A stretch of 64,000 nucleotides of DNA from an uncultured delta proteobacterium (GTDB taxonomy: Bacteria > Desulfobacterota > Desulfomonilia > Desulfomonilales > Desulfomonilaceae), in assembly GCA_963789265.1 (NCBI GenBank), contig CAWBKB010000005.1:640001-704000 (forward strand), written 5' to 3'. Numbering within the stretch: position 1 is the first letter of the stretch; each line of letters starts with the position of its first letter. Below are positions 22,209 to 32,820 of the stretch, one piece after another. A model generated the notes under the pieces. That model saw only the letters and a program-made list of their open reading frames with translations. It ran no database searches and had not been told where the DNA came from. The position numbers were made by a program, and so were the translations under genes.

Positions 22209-23681
22209 CTAGGCCGGGCGCTTCTTGAACTTGATTCCTTTTACCTCCGTTAGTTTTGCGCCTTTCATGTTGGTCTTGGCAATTCTGACACCGGAAAAAT
22301 CAGCAGCGTTTATGAAGGCCCACGAAAAATCGGTTCCGGAAAGATCGGCCTGAACAACGCTGGTCCCTGTCATCTTGACGCCGGAAAAATTTGCGTTTGT
22401 CAAATTGCTTCCAGAAAGGTCTGCTTCATCTAGGCAAGAATTCTGAAGATTCGCGGCAGAAAAGTTGGCCGTGGAAGCGCTGGCTCTCGTCATGTCCGCA
22501 TCTGCCATCATGGCTCCACTAAGATTTGCCCCTCTTAAATCCGTATTCACCAACTTAGACCTTTGGAGATTGGCATCCGTCATGTCCGCCCCTGCCATCG
22601 TGGCTCCAGACAGATCAGCCCCTTCCAGGGTTGCGGACCGGAGATCCGCTTCTTCCATCGTCGCTCCTGCCAGATTTGCCATAGATAGAGCCGCTTTAGT
22701 CATAACCGTCTTGCCCAATTGACTATTGGTCAAATTGATGCCGACCATGCGTGCCTCGGCCATGTTCGCTTCATTTAGACAAGCACCTGAAAAATTTGCC
22801 CCTTCCAGGTCCGCAGCCGTTAGGTCGGCCTGAGTCATGTCCGAAGAGCGGCAATCGCTTCGGGTGAGCTTCGCTCCGTGCAACTTGGCTCCAGACATGC
22901 TCACCTTGGCCAAGTTCGAGCCGCTCAGGTTAGCATCGGTTAACACAGCATCATCCAGAACCGCCCCGGACAAATCCGCCCCTTGAAGGCTTGCCTCCGA
23001 CAGGTTAGCATGACTGAGGTTGCTCCCGGTGAGCTTGGCTTCGGACAAGTCCGCTCTCTCGATATTGGCCCCGGATAGGTTTGCTCTCTCGATCTTTGCC
23101 TTGGACAAAATTGCCCAAGATAGATCGGCTCTAGCCAAGTTATTCCCACTTAACTGTGCTCTTGACAAATCTGATGAAGTCAGCTTGGCCCCTGAAAGAT
23201 TGGCTCCGGACAGATTGGCTTTGGTCAATCGTATCCCGGATAGATCGGCTCCGGACAAAACCGCACCAGTAAAATTCGCGGTATCTACCTGAGCCTTCCT
23301 TAAATCCGCCCTTGAAATATCTGCTTCTGAGAAGTCGGTTTCACTGAGCGTTGTCCGCGTAAGGTCAGCCTTGGCCAGATTAGATCTCGCAAAAATTGCC
23401 TTTTTAAGGCATGAGCCTGCCAGATTACACCCTGCCAGGTCCGCACCGGAAAAATCTCCACCGGTCAGATCAATCTCTGAGAGATCTGCACCGTGTAAGT
23501 CCGCTCCATAAAGTCGAACTTTGGCCGCTTTCTTCAAACCGAGCCGCTTAACTACGAGTTGTGACAGGGAGGCGTCGGTTCCTGATATGACTGCGGCCTG
23601 CACGAGCTCTTTCAGAGAGCCGGCTTTACCCTCGAAAATGACTGCTCCGGTCTTTCTGTGTTTGATTTCAAATTTCGGCAA
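22209..23681 (-). CDS. Pentapeptide-repeat protein
   Basis: About 420 residues of continuous A(D/N)LXX repeats. Confidence 0.95.
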   Translation of the reverse strand: MPKFEIKHRKTGAVIFEGKAGSLKELVQAAVISGTDASLSQLVVKRLGLKKAAKVRLYGADLHGADLSEIDLTGGDFSGADLAGCNLAGSCLKKAIFARSNLAKADLTRTTLSETDFSEADISRADLRKAQVDTANFTGAVLSGADLSGIRLTKANLSGANLSGAKLTSSDLSRAQLSGNNLARADLSWAILSKAKIERANLSGANIERADLSEAKLTGSNLSHANLSEASLQGADLSGAVLDDAVLTDANLSGSNLAKVSMSGAKLHGAKLTRSDCRSSDMTQADLTAADLEGANFSGACLNEANMAEARMVGINLTNSQLGKTVMTKAALSMANLAGATMEEADLRSATLEGADLSGATMAGADMTDANLQRSKLVNTDLRGANLSGAMMADADMTRASASTANFSAANLQNSCLDEADLSGSNLTNANFSGVKMTGTSVVQADLSGTDFSWAFINAADFSGVRIAKTNMKGAKLTEVKGIKFKKRPA

Positions 23682-23815
23682 GACCTGATACTCCTGGATA
23701 TTGGGACTTGCGTAATTATATCATAAGAGTGTGATGGGTCGTTGTTCTTACTTGATACAAATTTTGTCATTCGCCGCAGTTTTTCCAAAGCTGATCTATG
23801 CTCTGGAGGTGAACA

Positions 23816-24208
23816 ATGAAATACGGAGTGAGCCGGACGGACGCGAAAACTTCGCACACCTTAGCGATACTGACATTCTGCGCGTTCTTTGTTCTGCTTT
23901 TCACTTTGGATTGTCGATGCCAGGCAACCGAGAGGACAGTAAAGGTGAACAAAGAATTCACGATCTCTCTAAAGTCCAACCCCAGCACGGGCTATAAATG
24001 GGCACTCTCGTTCGACAAAGCTTTTCTCAAGCTGAAGGCTGACCGTTTCAACAGACCCACCAAGGCGCTCATAGGGGCTGGGGGGACACAAACATTTGTT
24101 TTGCTTCCAGTCAGAGAGGGAGAAACAGAAGTTCACCTCGTCTATAAGAGGTCTTGGGAAAAGATCATAGCCAGAGAAAGGACCTACAGACTCCATATAA
24201 CGCGCTGA
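23816..24208 (+). CDS. Protease inhibitor I42 (chagasin-like), exported
   Basis: SNPSTGYKW, IGAGG, YKRSWE motifs; hydrophobic N-terminus. Confidence 0.9.
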   Translation: MKYGVSRTDAKTSHTLAILTFCAFFVLLFTLDCRCQATERTVKVNKEFTISLKSNPSTGYKWALSFDKAFLKLKADRFNRPTKALIGAGGTQTFVLLPVREGETEVHLVYKRSWEKIIARERTYRLHITR

Positions 24209-24293
24209 CTCGCTCCCAAGGAATTCCTTAGAGTACGGAAGCAAGGCCGGTGCCTTGAACGCGCACTGGGGCCAATCCTTGTGCTCTGCTGCC

Positions 24294-25571
24294 TCATCTG
24301 CGTGCTTGGGTCCAACACCTCAACGAGCGACCCAAGCTCCTTGCGAGTACCCCGGCGATAACTTTGTTGCCCATGGGTGTAGCATGGCCATTGAACCACT
24401 TGTCGAGTTGCGCCCTGGTGGGCTTCATGTCAGCCATGGCCTGAACCATGTCAATAACCCTATATTGTTTCTTTTTGAGGTAGCTCAGCAGCTTAGCAAC
24501 TCTACTCACTCGGTAGTCCATGATCTCCCGGACGAAGTCTGTGTGAGGCATGATTACAATTATTGGCGTGGACCCGCGGGCCAAAGCCGTCTTTACAAAG
24601 ACATCAACAATGTGACACATAATCGCAAGTGGTTCGGCTTCGTCAAATAGATTCCATGGGTAATGAATCTTCGAGTGAAACGGCAATATTCGGCCGGCGT
24701 CAAAAGTCAATTCATCGAGCATAGGCTCTCGCCAACGCACCAGCGATAAAACATAGGGGAATTCAAGGGGGGGCAACTTTTCGTCCAGCCGATACCAGTA
24801 ATCCAGCTTTCCCAATCGTTCAATGAACGTAGGATCGTCAAGTTTTCTTACATCCCACACGTTCTGCAAGGAATTCGGCAACAGTTTGAAGCTGCGCCCA
24901 TCTCGAACAAATAATGGTTTCGTTAAGGCCAGAGGATCGTTGTACTGATAGAATGGGCGGTAGATATTTACTATGCGGTTGATATTTTCCGGCAGAATAC
25001 ACAGCATCACAATCTTTGCCGATGTCCGGGCGTGAAGCTGATACTTCAGCAGTGCCTGGTCGGTTCCATAACCTCCTACGCCGAAATTGAGAACATTGGT
25101 TCCAAGTTTTTCGGCGAGAAATGTTTGCCATGTCTGATCGTCCCGGACTTGACTACAATAGGTGAAAGAATCGCCGTACGTCGCGATTGCAGTAGTCGGA
25201 AATGACGTGCACGTAAGTCTTTCGCCGGCAGGACCGTGACGGTAGAGAACACCGTCGAAATCTCGGTAGACAATGTCGGGTGGGTAATCCCATCCGAGGA
25301 CGGAATTAAACATCAGCAGATCCGACTGTGTGGACATTGCGCGGCTTCCCGCGGTTACAGCGCTCTTCACTAATCGCGTTTGGAAGAAATGCACCTGACG
25401 CCTGTGCGCCACATGGAACTCCACACTCCCGCGTCCCGTCCGTCCTCGTATTCTGGTTGGAACAAGGTTCATGCTCGCGACATAGGAAGTAACCTCCACC
25501 AGAAGCAACACAGAAATCAAGGTAATAGCCCAAAAAGCCAGAACCTTCATCCTTGCATTCAATTTCGTCAC
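24294..25571 (-). CDS. Membrane-anchored SGNH/GDSL-like protein
   Basis: GDSFT, NFGVGGYG, GH near the C-terminus. Confidence 0.75.
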   Translation of the reverse strand: MTKLNARMKVLAFWAITLISVLLLVEVTSYVASMNLVPTRIRGRTGRGSVEFHVAHRRQVHFFQTRLVKSAVTAGSRAMSTQSDLLMFNSVLGWDYPPDIVYRDFDGVLYRHGPAGERLTCTSFPTTAIATYGDSFTYCSQVRDDQTWQTFLAEKLGTNVLNFGVGGYGTDQALLKYQLHARTSAKIVMLCILPENINRIVNIYRPFYQYNDPLALTKPLFVRDGRSFKLLPNSLQNVWDVRKLDDPTFIERLGKLDYWYRLDEKLPPLEFPYVLSLVRWREPMLDELTFDAGRILPFHSKIHYPWNLFDEAEPLAIMCHIVDVFVKTALARGSTPIIVIMPHTDFVREIMDYRVSRVAKLLSYLKKKQYRVIDMVQAMADMKPTRAQLDKWFNGHATPMGNKVIAGVLARSLGRSLRCWTQARR

Positions 25572-25986
25572 AACCTATCCCTCCTATAAGCCAAGTGAAT
25601 CTAAAAGATTGAAACTAATCCCTGGGGCTCACTATTATATAGGCTTAGCGAATGCAACATTTTTCTGGGCCAAATATGATTTTTTTAAAATCACGGTTGA
25701 ATGTCGGCTCACAACCTAAAGATGCACTATGCTCTGTCTCCGGCAGGAAGCCAACGATATAGGAGCGTGATTGCTCCAATAAAACCTGATCGGTAAAAGT
25801 GGTACACAAAGAGCCTATTAACTAACCTTTAATATACTAATAATTGCTTGATTTCACAGCATGATCCAACAAGCTGCTCGTCACGTGCAAGCACTTATCG
25901 CCTCCAGGTTTCCGATGTTATTAAACAATTCCTTTCAGATCGGTGGTATGTTTGGCCCGAGCGCATACGCCTCGATGACTCCAGCA

Positions 25987-27550
25987 CTACCAAAGTTGAT
26001 TTTCAAGTGCCGCCTCTCTTTCCGACTCCGCCGAATCTTTCGGTATAATCGCAGAGGGCTTGGGCGGGTGAACCGTCTGGAGGCGCTTCTCTACCGCATC
26101 CAAAAGACGGGCGACCTTTACGATTCGGGGCTTCTCCTTCAAAAGAGACAATGCTTTGCGAAAATCGTGTGCAGCCTGTGCGTAGTCTCCCTTTTCGTTA
26201 TACGCCACGCCGCGGTTCGCATACGCCAAACCGTAAGAAGGCTGCTGTTGAATCACTTTGGTCAGGGTGACAATGGCGTTGTCAAATTCTCCATTGAGAA
26301 GACAATTCTTCCCGAGATTGTAGTACATCTCCGCTGTGGCGGAATCTGGATCGATTTGTATAGCTCGCGAAAAATCTTTTATGGCGCTCTTATAATTTTT
26401 CAGAGCCTCGTACGCCTTCCCCCGGCAAGAGAGCGCCAGTGGATCGTCAGGATCTGACTCCAGCCCGAGTTTCAAATCTTTTAATGCCTCTTTGTACTGC
26501 CCTGCCATTACTTTGGACCGGCCTCGAAGCCTAAGTATCGAAGCGTCTGCCGGTCGGTACTTCAGTGCCTGGTCAAAATCTTTAACGGCTTCTTCCGCTC
26601 GTCCCAAATCCAAAAACATATTTCCTCTTGCCACATAGATCGCTGAATCCGGACCCTTCAATTCAAGGAGCCGCGTGTAATCGGCCAGGGCAGCATCATT
26701 TCGATCCATTTTCCGGTAAACCGCCGCCCGATTTGACAAAGCCCGGGCAAACTTCGGCTTCAGTTCAATGGCCCGCGTAAGATCTGATATAGCCTCATCC
26801 AGATCTCCTAACGCTGCTTTCGCCCAGCCGAGATTGTTAAACGATTCAGCGTTGTTAGGATCAATTTTGATCGCCTTATTATAATCCCCCACAGATCTCT
26901 TTGTCTTGCCTTCGCTAAAAGAGAGGTTCCCGCGCTTTACCCATGCACGGACGTTCTTCGGGTTGAGCTCCAAACTCTTATCCAGATCTTCCAAGGCTTT
27001 GCCAGAATTCTTCTTGCCCAGATAGGCGCTTGCTCTGAGGAAATATGTTTCACTGTCGGGCGGGTACAGTTTCAGGGCTTCATTTAGATCGGCCAGCGCT
27101 GCATTAAAGTTTCCCAGACCAATTTGCGCTTCCCCACGAACGCGATAGGCGCCGGAATGCTTCGGATCCAATTGTATAACTCTGTCCATGTCCGCACGTG
27201 CCTTGTTATATGCTTTACCATGCAGGTAAATAAGGCTGCGGCCGTACAAGGCATCCACAAGTTCAGGGTCCTTTGTGATCGCTTGCGTGAAATCTGTAAG
27301 GGCACGGTTTCTCGTCTCCCTTAGAACGGTACGCGACGCCTCGATTGAAATAAGCGCGTGCGTTATTCGAGTCAAGCGCGATAACGCGCGTGTAAAGTTG
27401 AATGGCTGTATCCAAGTCCCACTTCCAATGGGCCTCTATCGCCTCAGAGAACAGCGTTTTTGCATCATCCGACGCCCGCGGGGACATGGGCTCAACAAGA
27501 GCAGTGATAAGCATCAAGAGTATCAGAAGGTAGTTTCGAAATGAGCCCAC
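25987..27550 (-). CDS. Exported TPR-repeat protein, frameshifted near 27310
   Basis: Signal peptide in ORF 27263-27550; tandem 34-aa TPRs in ORF 25987-27375. Confidence 0.88.
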
Positions 27551-27641
27551 TTCAGTTCCTTATGAGCTCGATGGATTCGAGCCTGAGGTTAGCAAATTCG
27601 GATGCAAGAGTTCCTCTTCCTCAGAAGAGGCAGCCTACAAC

Positions 27642-29114
27642 TTAGCGAGCCGACATCATCTCTTTTACATGCACGGTGCTCACCCGCGGTCTGAGCGACG
27701 GGGAGGTTCGCTTGTCTTCCGGCAGGCGAAGGGCCGCGGTAAAGTCGGCTCGGGAGCTTTTGTTGTCGCCCAAGAACTGGTAAGCAATGGCTCTTTCTAA
27801 CAGGGCTTCTCTGTTCTGCGGGTCCAATCGAAGGCATTTGGTCAATTCCCGGATCGCGTTTGAAATACGGCCTTTCTTCCCCAACGCTACGCCCAGATTC
27901 AGGTGTGCATTCGGGTCCTTGGGCCGAAAAGAAACGAGCGAGCCGAAGATTTTGATGGCGGCATCGTAATCGCCGGACTTCTCTTTTAGCAGTCCTAGTT
28001 GCAGTAGAGCTTTCGGATCGCCCGCATCCAGGCTGACTGCTCGCTCGAGGTCTTTCATGGCCGCTTCTCGCTGATTTGCTTCCAGGTAACAGCTTGCGCG
28101 AAAAGTGTAAACAGCCGCAGATCCATTTTCAAGTTTCAGCGCACGAGTGAAATCCTGAATAGCATTGGCGCATTCTCCGCGACTCTTGTAAACCCAGCCT
28201 CTATTTGCGTAGGCCCTTGCCAGATTAGGATTCAAGGAGATAGCTTTTGACATATCGCGAAGGGCTTGTGAAATGTTCCCCTTCTTAAAGAAGGTCCAGC
28301 CCCGGTTATTGTACACGTCCGCAATTGCCGGGTTAATTAGAACGGTATGGTTGTAGTCGTTAATAGCTCGATCAAAATCGGCTTTTTTGAAGTAGGCATT
28401 ACCCCGTTGAAAATAGGCAAGCGCGTATTTGGGATTCAATTCAATTGCCTTGGAAAGATCTTTGATGGAACCTTCACTATCTCCAAGCTTGAGTCGAGCG
28501 TTGCCGCGATTGTAATAAGCGAGGGTATATTCGGGATCGAGTTGTAATGCGGAGTCGAAATCTTCGATGGCTTGACCAGGCTTATTCTTTTGGAGCAGCG
28601 CCCAGCCGCGATTGTTATAAGAGTCGCGATCGTTAGGATTGATTTCAATCGCCCGAGTGAAATCTTGAATGGAACGATTAAAATCCCCTTTTCCGTAATA
28701 GGCGTTGCCGCGGTTGTAGTAAGCGAGCGCGTATGATGGATTAAGTTTGATAGCTTTAGTATAGTCTGCGATGGCCTGATCAAATTTGCTCTGCCTGTAG
28801 TAGGCGCTTCCCCGATTGTTAAAGGCTGTTTCAAGATGAGGATTGAGTTGAATGGCTCTGGTATAATCGTTCACTGCCTCTTTCGCATTTCCCACCTTCT
28901 CGTACGCGAGCCCTCGCCGGAAGAAAACGTCTGCATTTGTAGGGTCTAGACGTATTGCCTTCGTGAATTGATCAACAGCTTTACTGTAGTCGCCGTTACT
29001 TTGAGCTGTTTTTCCATTTTCTAGGTAATTCTCGGCTTTTTTGTCCATGGCGATAGACTGAGTGGCCAGGAACGCCAATGCTAGGGTCGCTGCGATCATC
29101 CACGTAGATCGCAT
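27642..29114 (-). CDS. Exported TPR-repeat protein
   Basis: Signal peptide and repeated AYYNRG..AI.DY..AI.LNP. Confidence 0.93.
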   Translation of the reverse strand: MRSTWMIAATLALAFLATQSIAMDKKAENYLENGKTAQSNGDYSKAVDQFTKAIRLDPTNADVFFRRGLAYEKVGNAKEAVNDYTRAIQLNPHLETAFNNRGSAYYRQSKFDQAIADYTKAIKLNPSYALAYYNRGNAYYGKGDFNRSIQDFTRAIEINPNDRDSYNNRGWALLQKNKPGQAIEDFDSALQLDPEYTLAYYNRGNARLKLGDSEGSIKDLSKAIELNPKYALAYFQRGNAYFKKADFDRAINDYNHTVLINPAIADVYNNRGWTFFKKGNISQALRDMSKAISLNPNLARAYANRGWVYKSRGECANAIQDFTRALKLENGSAAVYTFRASCYLEANQREAAMKDLERAVSLDAGDPKALLQLGLLKEKSGDYDAAIKIFGSLVSFRPKDPNAHLNLGVALGKKGRISNAIRELTKCLRLDPQNREALLERAIAYQFLGDNKSSRADFTAALRLPEDKRTSPSLRPRVSTVHVKEMMSAR

Positions 29115-29374
29115 TTTTAAAAACTCCCTTTTTCACAGGCAGATGCTTGTCTTAATGTTACCACAACATGAGGTTACTTGTCTACCACGATGTGACTCAT
29201 CCGATTTTTAAGAAAAAGACGGCAAATTTCTCTGCCCGATGATGTGCTCGGCGTACCGCATAAATTGTCGCCTACAGCCTCATTATTGAGGACAACTTGT
29301 TAGAAACAACGTTCCATGAGTATAATCTTGCACGCTTTTGCGGAGCGTCATGAAAGCAGGAAAGGACCTCTCTT

Positions 29375-30745
29375 ATGGATGAAGGTCTTCGCGAAAGACT
29401 GAACAGAATGTTTGCTCCGCGGTCGGTGGCGGTAATTGGAGCCGGAGATAGCCCGGACAAAGTTGGTCATGCGATCATGGACAGCATTGTCACAGGAGGA
29501 TTCCCCGGGGCTGTGTTTCCGATTCACCCGCGGCACAAGACAATCCTGGGACTACCGGTGTACCGCGACCTCGACGAGCTTCCCGAGGTCCCGGATCTGG
29601 TGGTGGTGGCTTTGAATCAGCACTCCACCGTAAAAATGATCCAAAAGTTGCGGAGACTCGGCGTGGCGGGCGCAGCCGTGATAGCCGGTGGTTATGCAGA
29701 GATGGGAACTGACGGCTTGGATCTTCAGAATAAATTAAGAGATGCTGCCGGTGATATGCCGGTGGTTGGCCCAAATACGTTAGGATTTCTCAACGCGCAA
29801 GCCAAGCTCAATGTCACCTTTTATCCGCGTGTAATGCATGCGGGCAATGTATCGTTCCTCAGCCAGAGCGGAGGAATCGGGTTAGGCATCAAAGGGCGAG
29901 CCGATGATGAAGGGATGGGCATAGCCAAGTGGGTAGGTGTTGGAAACAGAGTCAACCTGGAATTTCAGATCTTGCTGGAATACCTGAAAGATGATCCTGA
30001 TACCAAAGTCATTGGAATTTTTACGGAAGGTTGCGCCGAGCCCCGGGCGTTCATGGATCAAGTAAGTAGTATCGCACCCGACAAACCGGTGGTTGTGTAT
30101 AAGGGGGGGGTGGGTGAAGATGCGGATCGAGTTACGATCACCCACACAGGAGCCGCGGCGGGGGCTGCTCGGATATGGGAAGGTGCTCTGCGCCAGGCAG
30201 GTGCTCATACAGTCGCCTCTATTTCAGAAATGATCAGCGTATGCAAAGCTCTTGCCGTCGGCAAAATACCTAAAGGCAAAGGACTGGGGATTTTCACCCA
30301 CACCGCCGGGCCGAGTATCGTGGCCTGGGACATATTGCGTACCGAACCAGGGTGTGTATTGGCTGAACTGGACGATAACACCGTTCGGCAGATAGCTGAA
30401 ATCCTTGGTCCGTCCGTGCCGGTCGTTTACAAAAACCCTGTGGACGGTGCCGCCGGCGCTTTTCTGACAAAACCTTTCCACGACATTGCAGAAGCGGTCC
30501 TGCAAGACAAATCTGTGGACGCGCTTCTCGCTATCTTCTGCGAACACAAGAATTGGCCCTATCCTTCAGAAGCCCTCATTTCGTTGGCCCACCGCTTCTC
30601 CAAGCCTATTGTCGTGTGCTTCATCGGGTCCGTCCGAAGAATTGAACCAGACCGATCTAGATTGCACGAAGCAGGAGTACCAACATACGTGCTGCCCGAG
30701 GATGCAGCCCTTGGCCTCAAGGCCTTGCTGCGACGGACTAGGTAA
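29375..30745 (+). CDS. ADP-forming acyl-CoA synthetase alpha subunit-like (CoA-binding)
   Basis: PRSVAVIGA, GPNTLG, SQSGG, THTG, NPVD motifs. Confidence 0.88.
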   Translation: MDEGLRERLNRMFAPRSVAVIGAGDSPDKVGHAIMDSIVTGGFPGAVFPIHPRHKTILGLPVYRDLDELPEVPDLVVVALNQHSTVKMIQKLRRLGVAGAAVIAGGYAEMGTDGLDLQNKLRDAAGDMPVVGPNTLGFLNAQAKLNVTFYPRVMHAGNVSFLSQSGGIGLGIKGRADDEGMGIAKWVGVGNRVNLEFQILLEYLKDDPDTKVIGIFTEGCAEPRAFMDQVSSIAPDKPVVVYKGGVGEDADRVTITHTGAAAGAARIWEGALRQAGAHTVASISEMISVCKALAVGKIPKGKGLGIFTHTAGPSIVAWDILRTEPGCVLAELDDNTVRQIAEILGPSVPVVYKNPVDGAAGAFLTKPFHDIAEAVLQDKSVDALLAIFCEHKNWPYPSEALISLAHRFSKPIVVCFIGSVRRIEPDRSRLHEAGVPTYVLPEDAALGLKALLRRTR

Positions 30746-30789
30746 GAAGCTGGCAAGGGCTACCGCATCCGGACCCGTCTATACAGACT

Positions 30790-31614
30790 TTAGGAGATAA
30801 ATCCGGTTACAGCTACGTGGCGTCCTGAGTAGGTTCCGTCTCTCCTATATGAGAAAAATAGGGCGGGATTGCAGAAAGTACAGAGTTTTGCTGAATGGAT
30901 GTTCCTCGAGGATACCCCTTCCTGGATCAATTCAAAACGATTCGCACCGATCAGATCTACGCGAAGGCTAGGACGAGACTTGTTTTCCGATTCGACCCTC
31001 ACAATAAATTTTTCAGCTTGAGGAACGTTTTGTCGGAATGGCTCTAAGACCACTTCGTCCACCTCGTAGCAGCACGGTCCGATGGCGGGGCCGAGACCTG
31101 CCAACAGATCCGCCGGAGAGGTTCCAAAGCGCCTTTTCATTATTCTAAGTACCTTGCGAGAAATTCTGAGGACTGTTCCCCGCCAGCCCGCGTGTATAGC
31201 CGCCGCAACTCGATGCACCGGATCCAACAGCAGGATGGGAAGGCAATCTGCCGTCTTGACAGCCGGATAAATTCCCGGGACGGCAGTAACGATCGCATCG
31301 GCTTGGGGAAGAATTTTAGGAACCGTCTCGACTATTTCGACATTATCTCCGTGCACTTGTCGGCAAGACGCAATACCGGCGGCATCGATTTCCATGCGTG
31401 TCGCAAGAACCGAGTGATTAAATCGCACATTTTCAGGCAGATCTCCCCGACCTATCGCGAAATTCAGAGAATCAAAAGGTGTTGGAGAGTAGCCGCCAGT
31501 CCGCAAGGAAAAAGCCATGATGGCCCGATATTGTTCGGCTTTATTCACGGAAAGCGCTACAAACCCGTTGCCGGTGGTTACCGCCGAGTTACCGCCGGGG
31601 AAATCTTCGTCCAT
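30790..31614 (-). CDS. pgeF: PgeF/YfiH purine nucleoside phosphorylase
   Basis: QVHG, TADCLP, HAGWRG, GPAIGPCCYEV, FFSYRR motifs. Confidence 0.93.
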   Translation of the reverse strand: MDEDFPGGNSAVTTGNGFVALSVNKAEQYRAIMAFSLRTGGYSPTPFDSLNFAIGRGDLPENVRFNHSVLATRMEIDAAGIASCRQVHGDNVEIVETVPKILPQADAIVTAVPGIYPAVKTADCLPILLLDPVHRVAAAIHAGWRGTVLRISRKVLRIMKRRFGTSPADLLAGLGPAIGPCCYEVDEVVLEPFRQNVPQAEKFIVRVESENKSRPSLRVDLIGANRFELIQEGVSSRNIHSAKLCTFCNPALFFSYRRDGTYSGRHVAVTGFIS

Positions 31615-31620
31615 CTCCGT

Positions 31621-32088
31621 TTATTCCCCTGACTTCTTGAAGTATTCGAGCCATTCTTCTACATCTATACGGCCTGCCTGACCGGGCCTCTCCTTCGAGC
31701 TTGCCAACTTGCAAGATTCTTCAATCAGGCTCCGGAACCGGCCCGAAGGTATGACGTGCGCGCCCCGGCTCCTGACAAATGAACCCAGCTCACGGTCGGA
31801 GGACACTACAATTAAGTCACGTTTGTAAGAGGCTGTCGCCACGAGTTCTTTGATTCGTGAATCCGCATCCGAGCCTCGGCGGGCATACAGCACCTGGACA
31901 CCTTTATATTTGCTGCCGTCAGGAAATTGCTCGTCCGGTGCTCCGTCGAAGACCACTTTTAACTTGACCCTGTGCACAGCGACAAAGTGAACCAGATCGG
32001 GGATGAGTCTTCTGCGAGCCCCTGCCATGTCGCGGTGCCATCCCACTGACTGGGCCATTACATTGTTTCCGTCCACCACGTAAGGCAT
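31621..32088 (-). CDS. NYN/YacP-like PIN-fold nuclease
   Basis: VDGNN, VVFDG, DADSRI, VSSDREL motifs. Confidence 0.85.
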   Translation of the reverse strand: MPYVVDGNNVMAQSVGWHRDMAGARRRLIPDLVHFVAVHRVKLKVVFDGAPDEQFPDGSKYKGVQVLYARRGSDADSRIKELVATASYKRDLIVVSSDRELGSFVRSRGAHVIPSGRFRSLIEESCKLASSKERPGQAGRIDVEEWLEYFKKSGE

Positions 32089-32222
32089 GATGTGCTCCCG
32101 CCAGGACTCTTGCGGGCAGGCAGGCTTCGCCGTAATGAGAAGGCGGGACCGGGTCCGTCACGCGCTTCTCTCCGGGGTTCCGCAAGGCAGGGCTACATCA
32201 CCCGGGCAAACCCAGGCGCCTC

Positions 32223-32519
32223 TTACTCGCGAATAAAACCCATATAGACTAAAAAAAGGGCCAAGGCACCCATTGCGCCGATAAATGTGAGCAGCGCTCC
32301 CAAGTCAGAAGAATTCTCCGGGTAAAGGTAGTGAAATATTAGAGTTCCCCCCATCAAACCGGCAATAGACAGGGCAAAATACTTCATTCGCGTGGCCACC
32401 GCATAAATGAAGACCACGACGCAAAAACCTATGAACACGGGATGTACAACCAGTTCGCCGGGCCCTTTTACTCCGAGCAGTCTGTTGATTGATTCGAAAA
32501 AGTTGGCCAGGGATTCCAT
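32223..32519 (-). CDS. Small membrane protein (about 3 TM)
   Basis: Hydrophobic 98-aa ORF in line with NYN and pgeF. Confidence 0.65.
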   Translation of the reverse strand: MESLANFFESINRLLGVKGPGELVVHPVFIGFCVVVFIYAVATRMKYFALSIAGLMGGTLIFHYLYPENSSDLGALLTFIGAMGALALFLVYMGFIRE

Positions 32520-32820
32520 CGTCCCACCACGTGATTCACGGAAAGTGCTATGCGTACGAATGCCACTTTATCATGCGCGGAAGGAAAAGGCAAACCATAT
32601 TAATATGGTAAGTCTCTTGACAACATTTGAGGAAGATGCGTAATCTGTGTTTACATTCGCTGAGGCCCCCCGGAGCTGCCAGGATAGGACGAAGAGCCTT
32701 GTCTTCTCTGGCGGCCGATTTTCATGTATTTCAGGTGGGCCGTACAACCCCGGCCAACAGCTCCCCGAGTTGAACGACCTGCGGTTCACTGTCGTACCGA
32801 GCGATGCAGGTGGAGTAATC

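Noticed and set aside
32647..32820. 58-aa N-terminal extension of EF-G
   Set aside because: Homology starts at GTG 32821, which has an RBS; the extension is an ORF-calling artefact.
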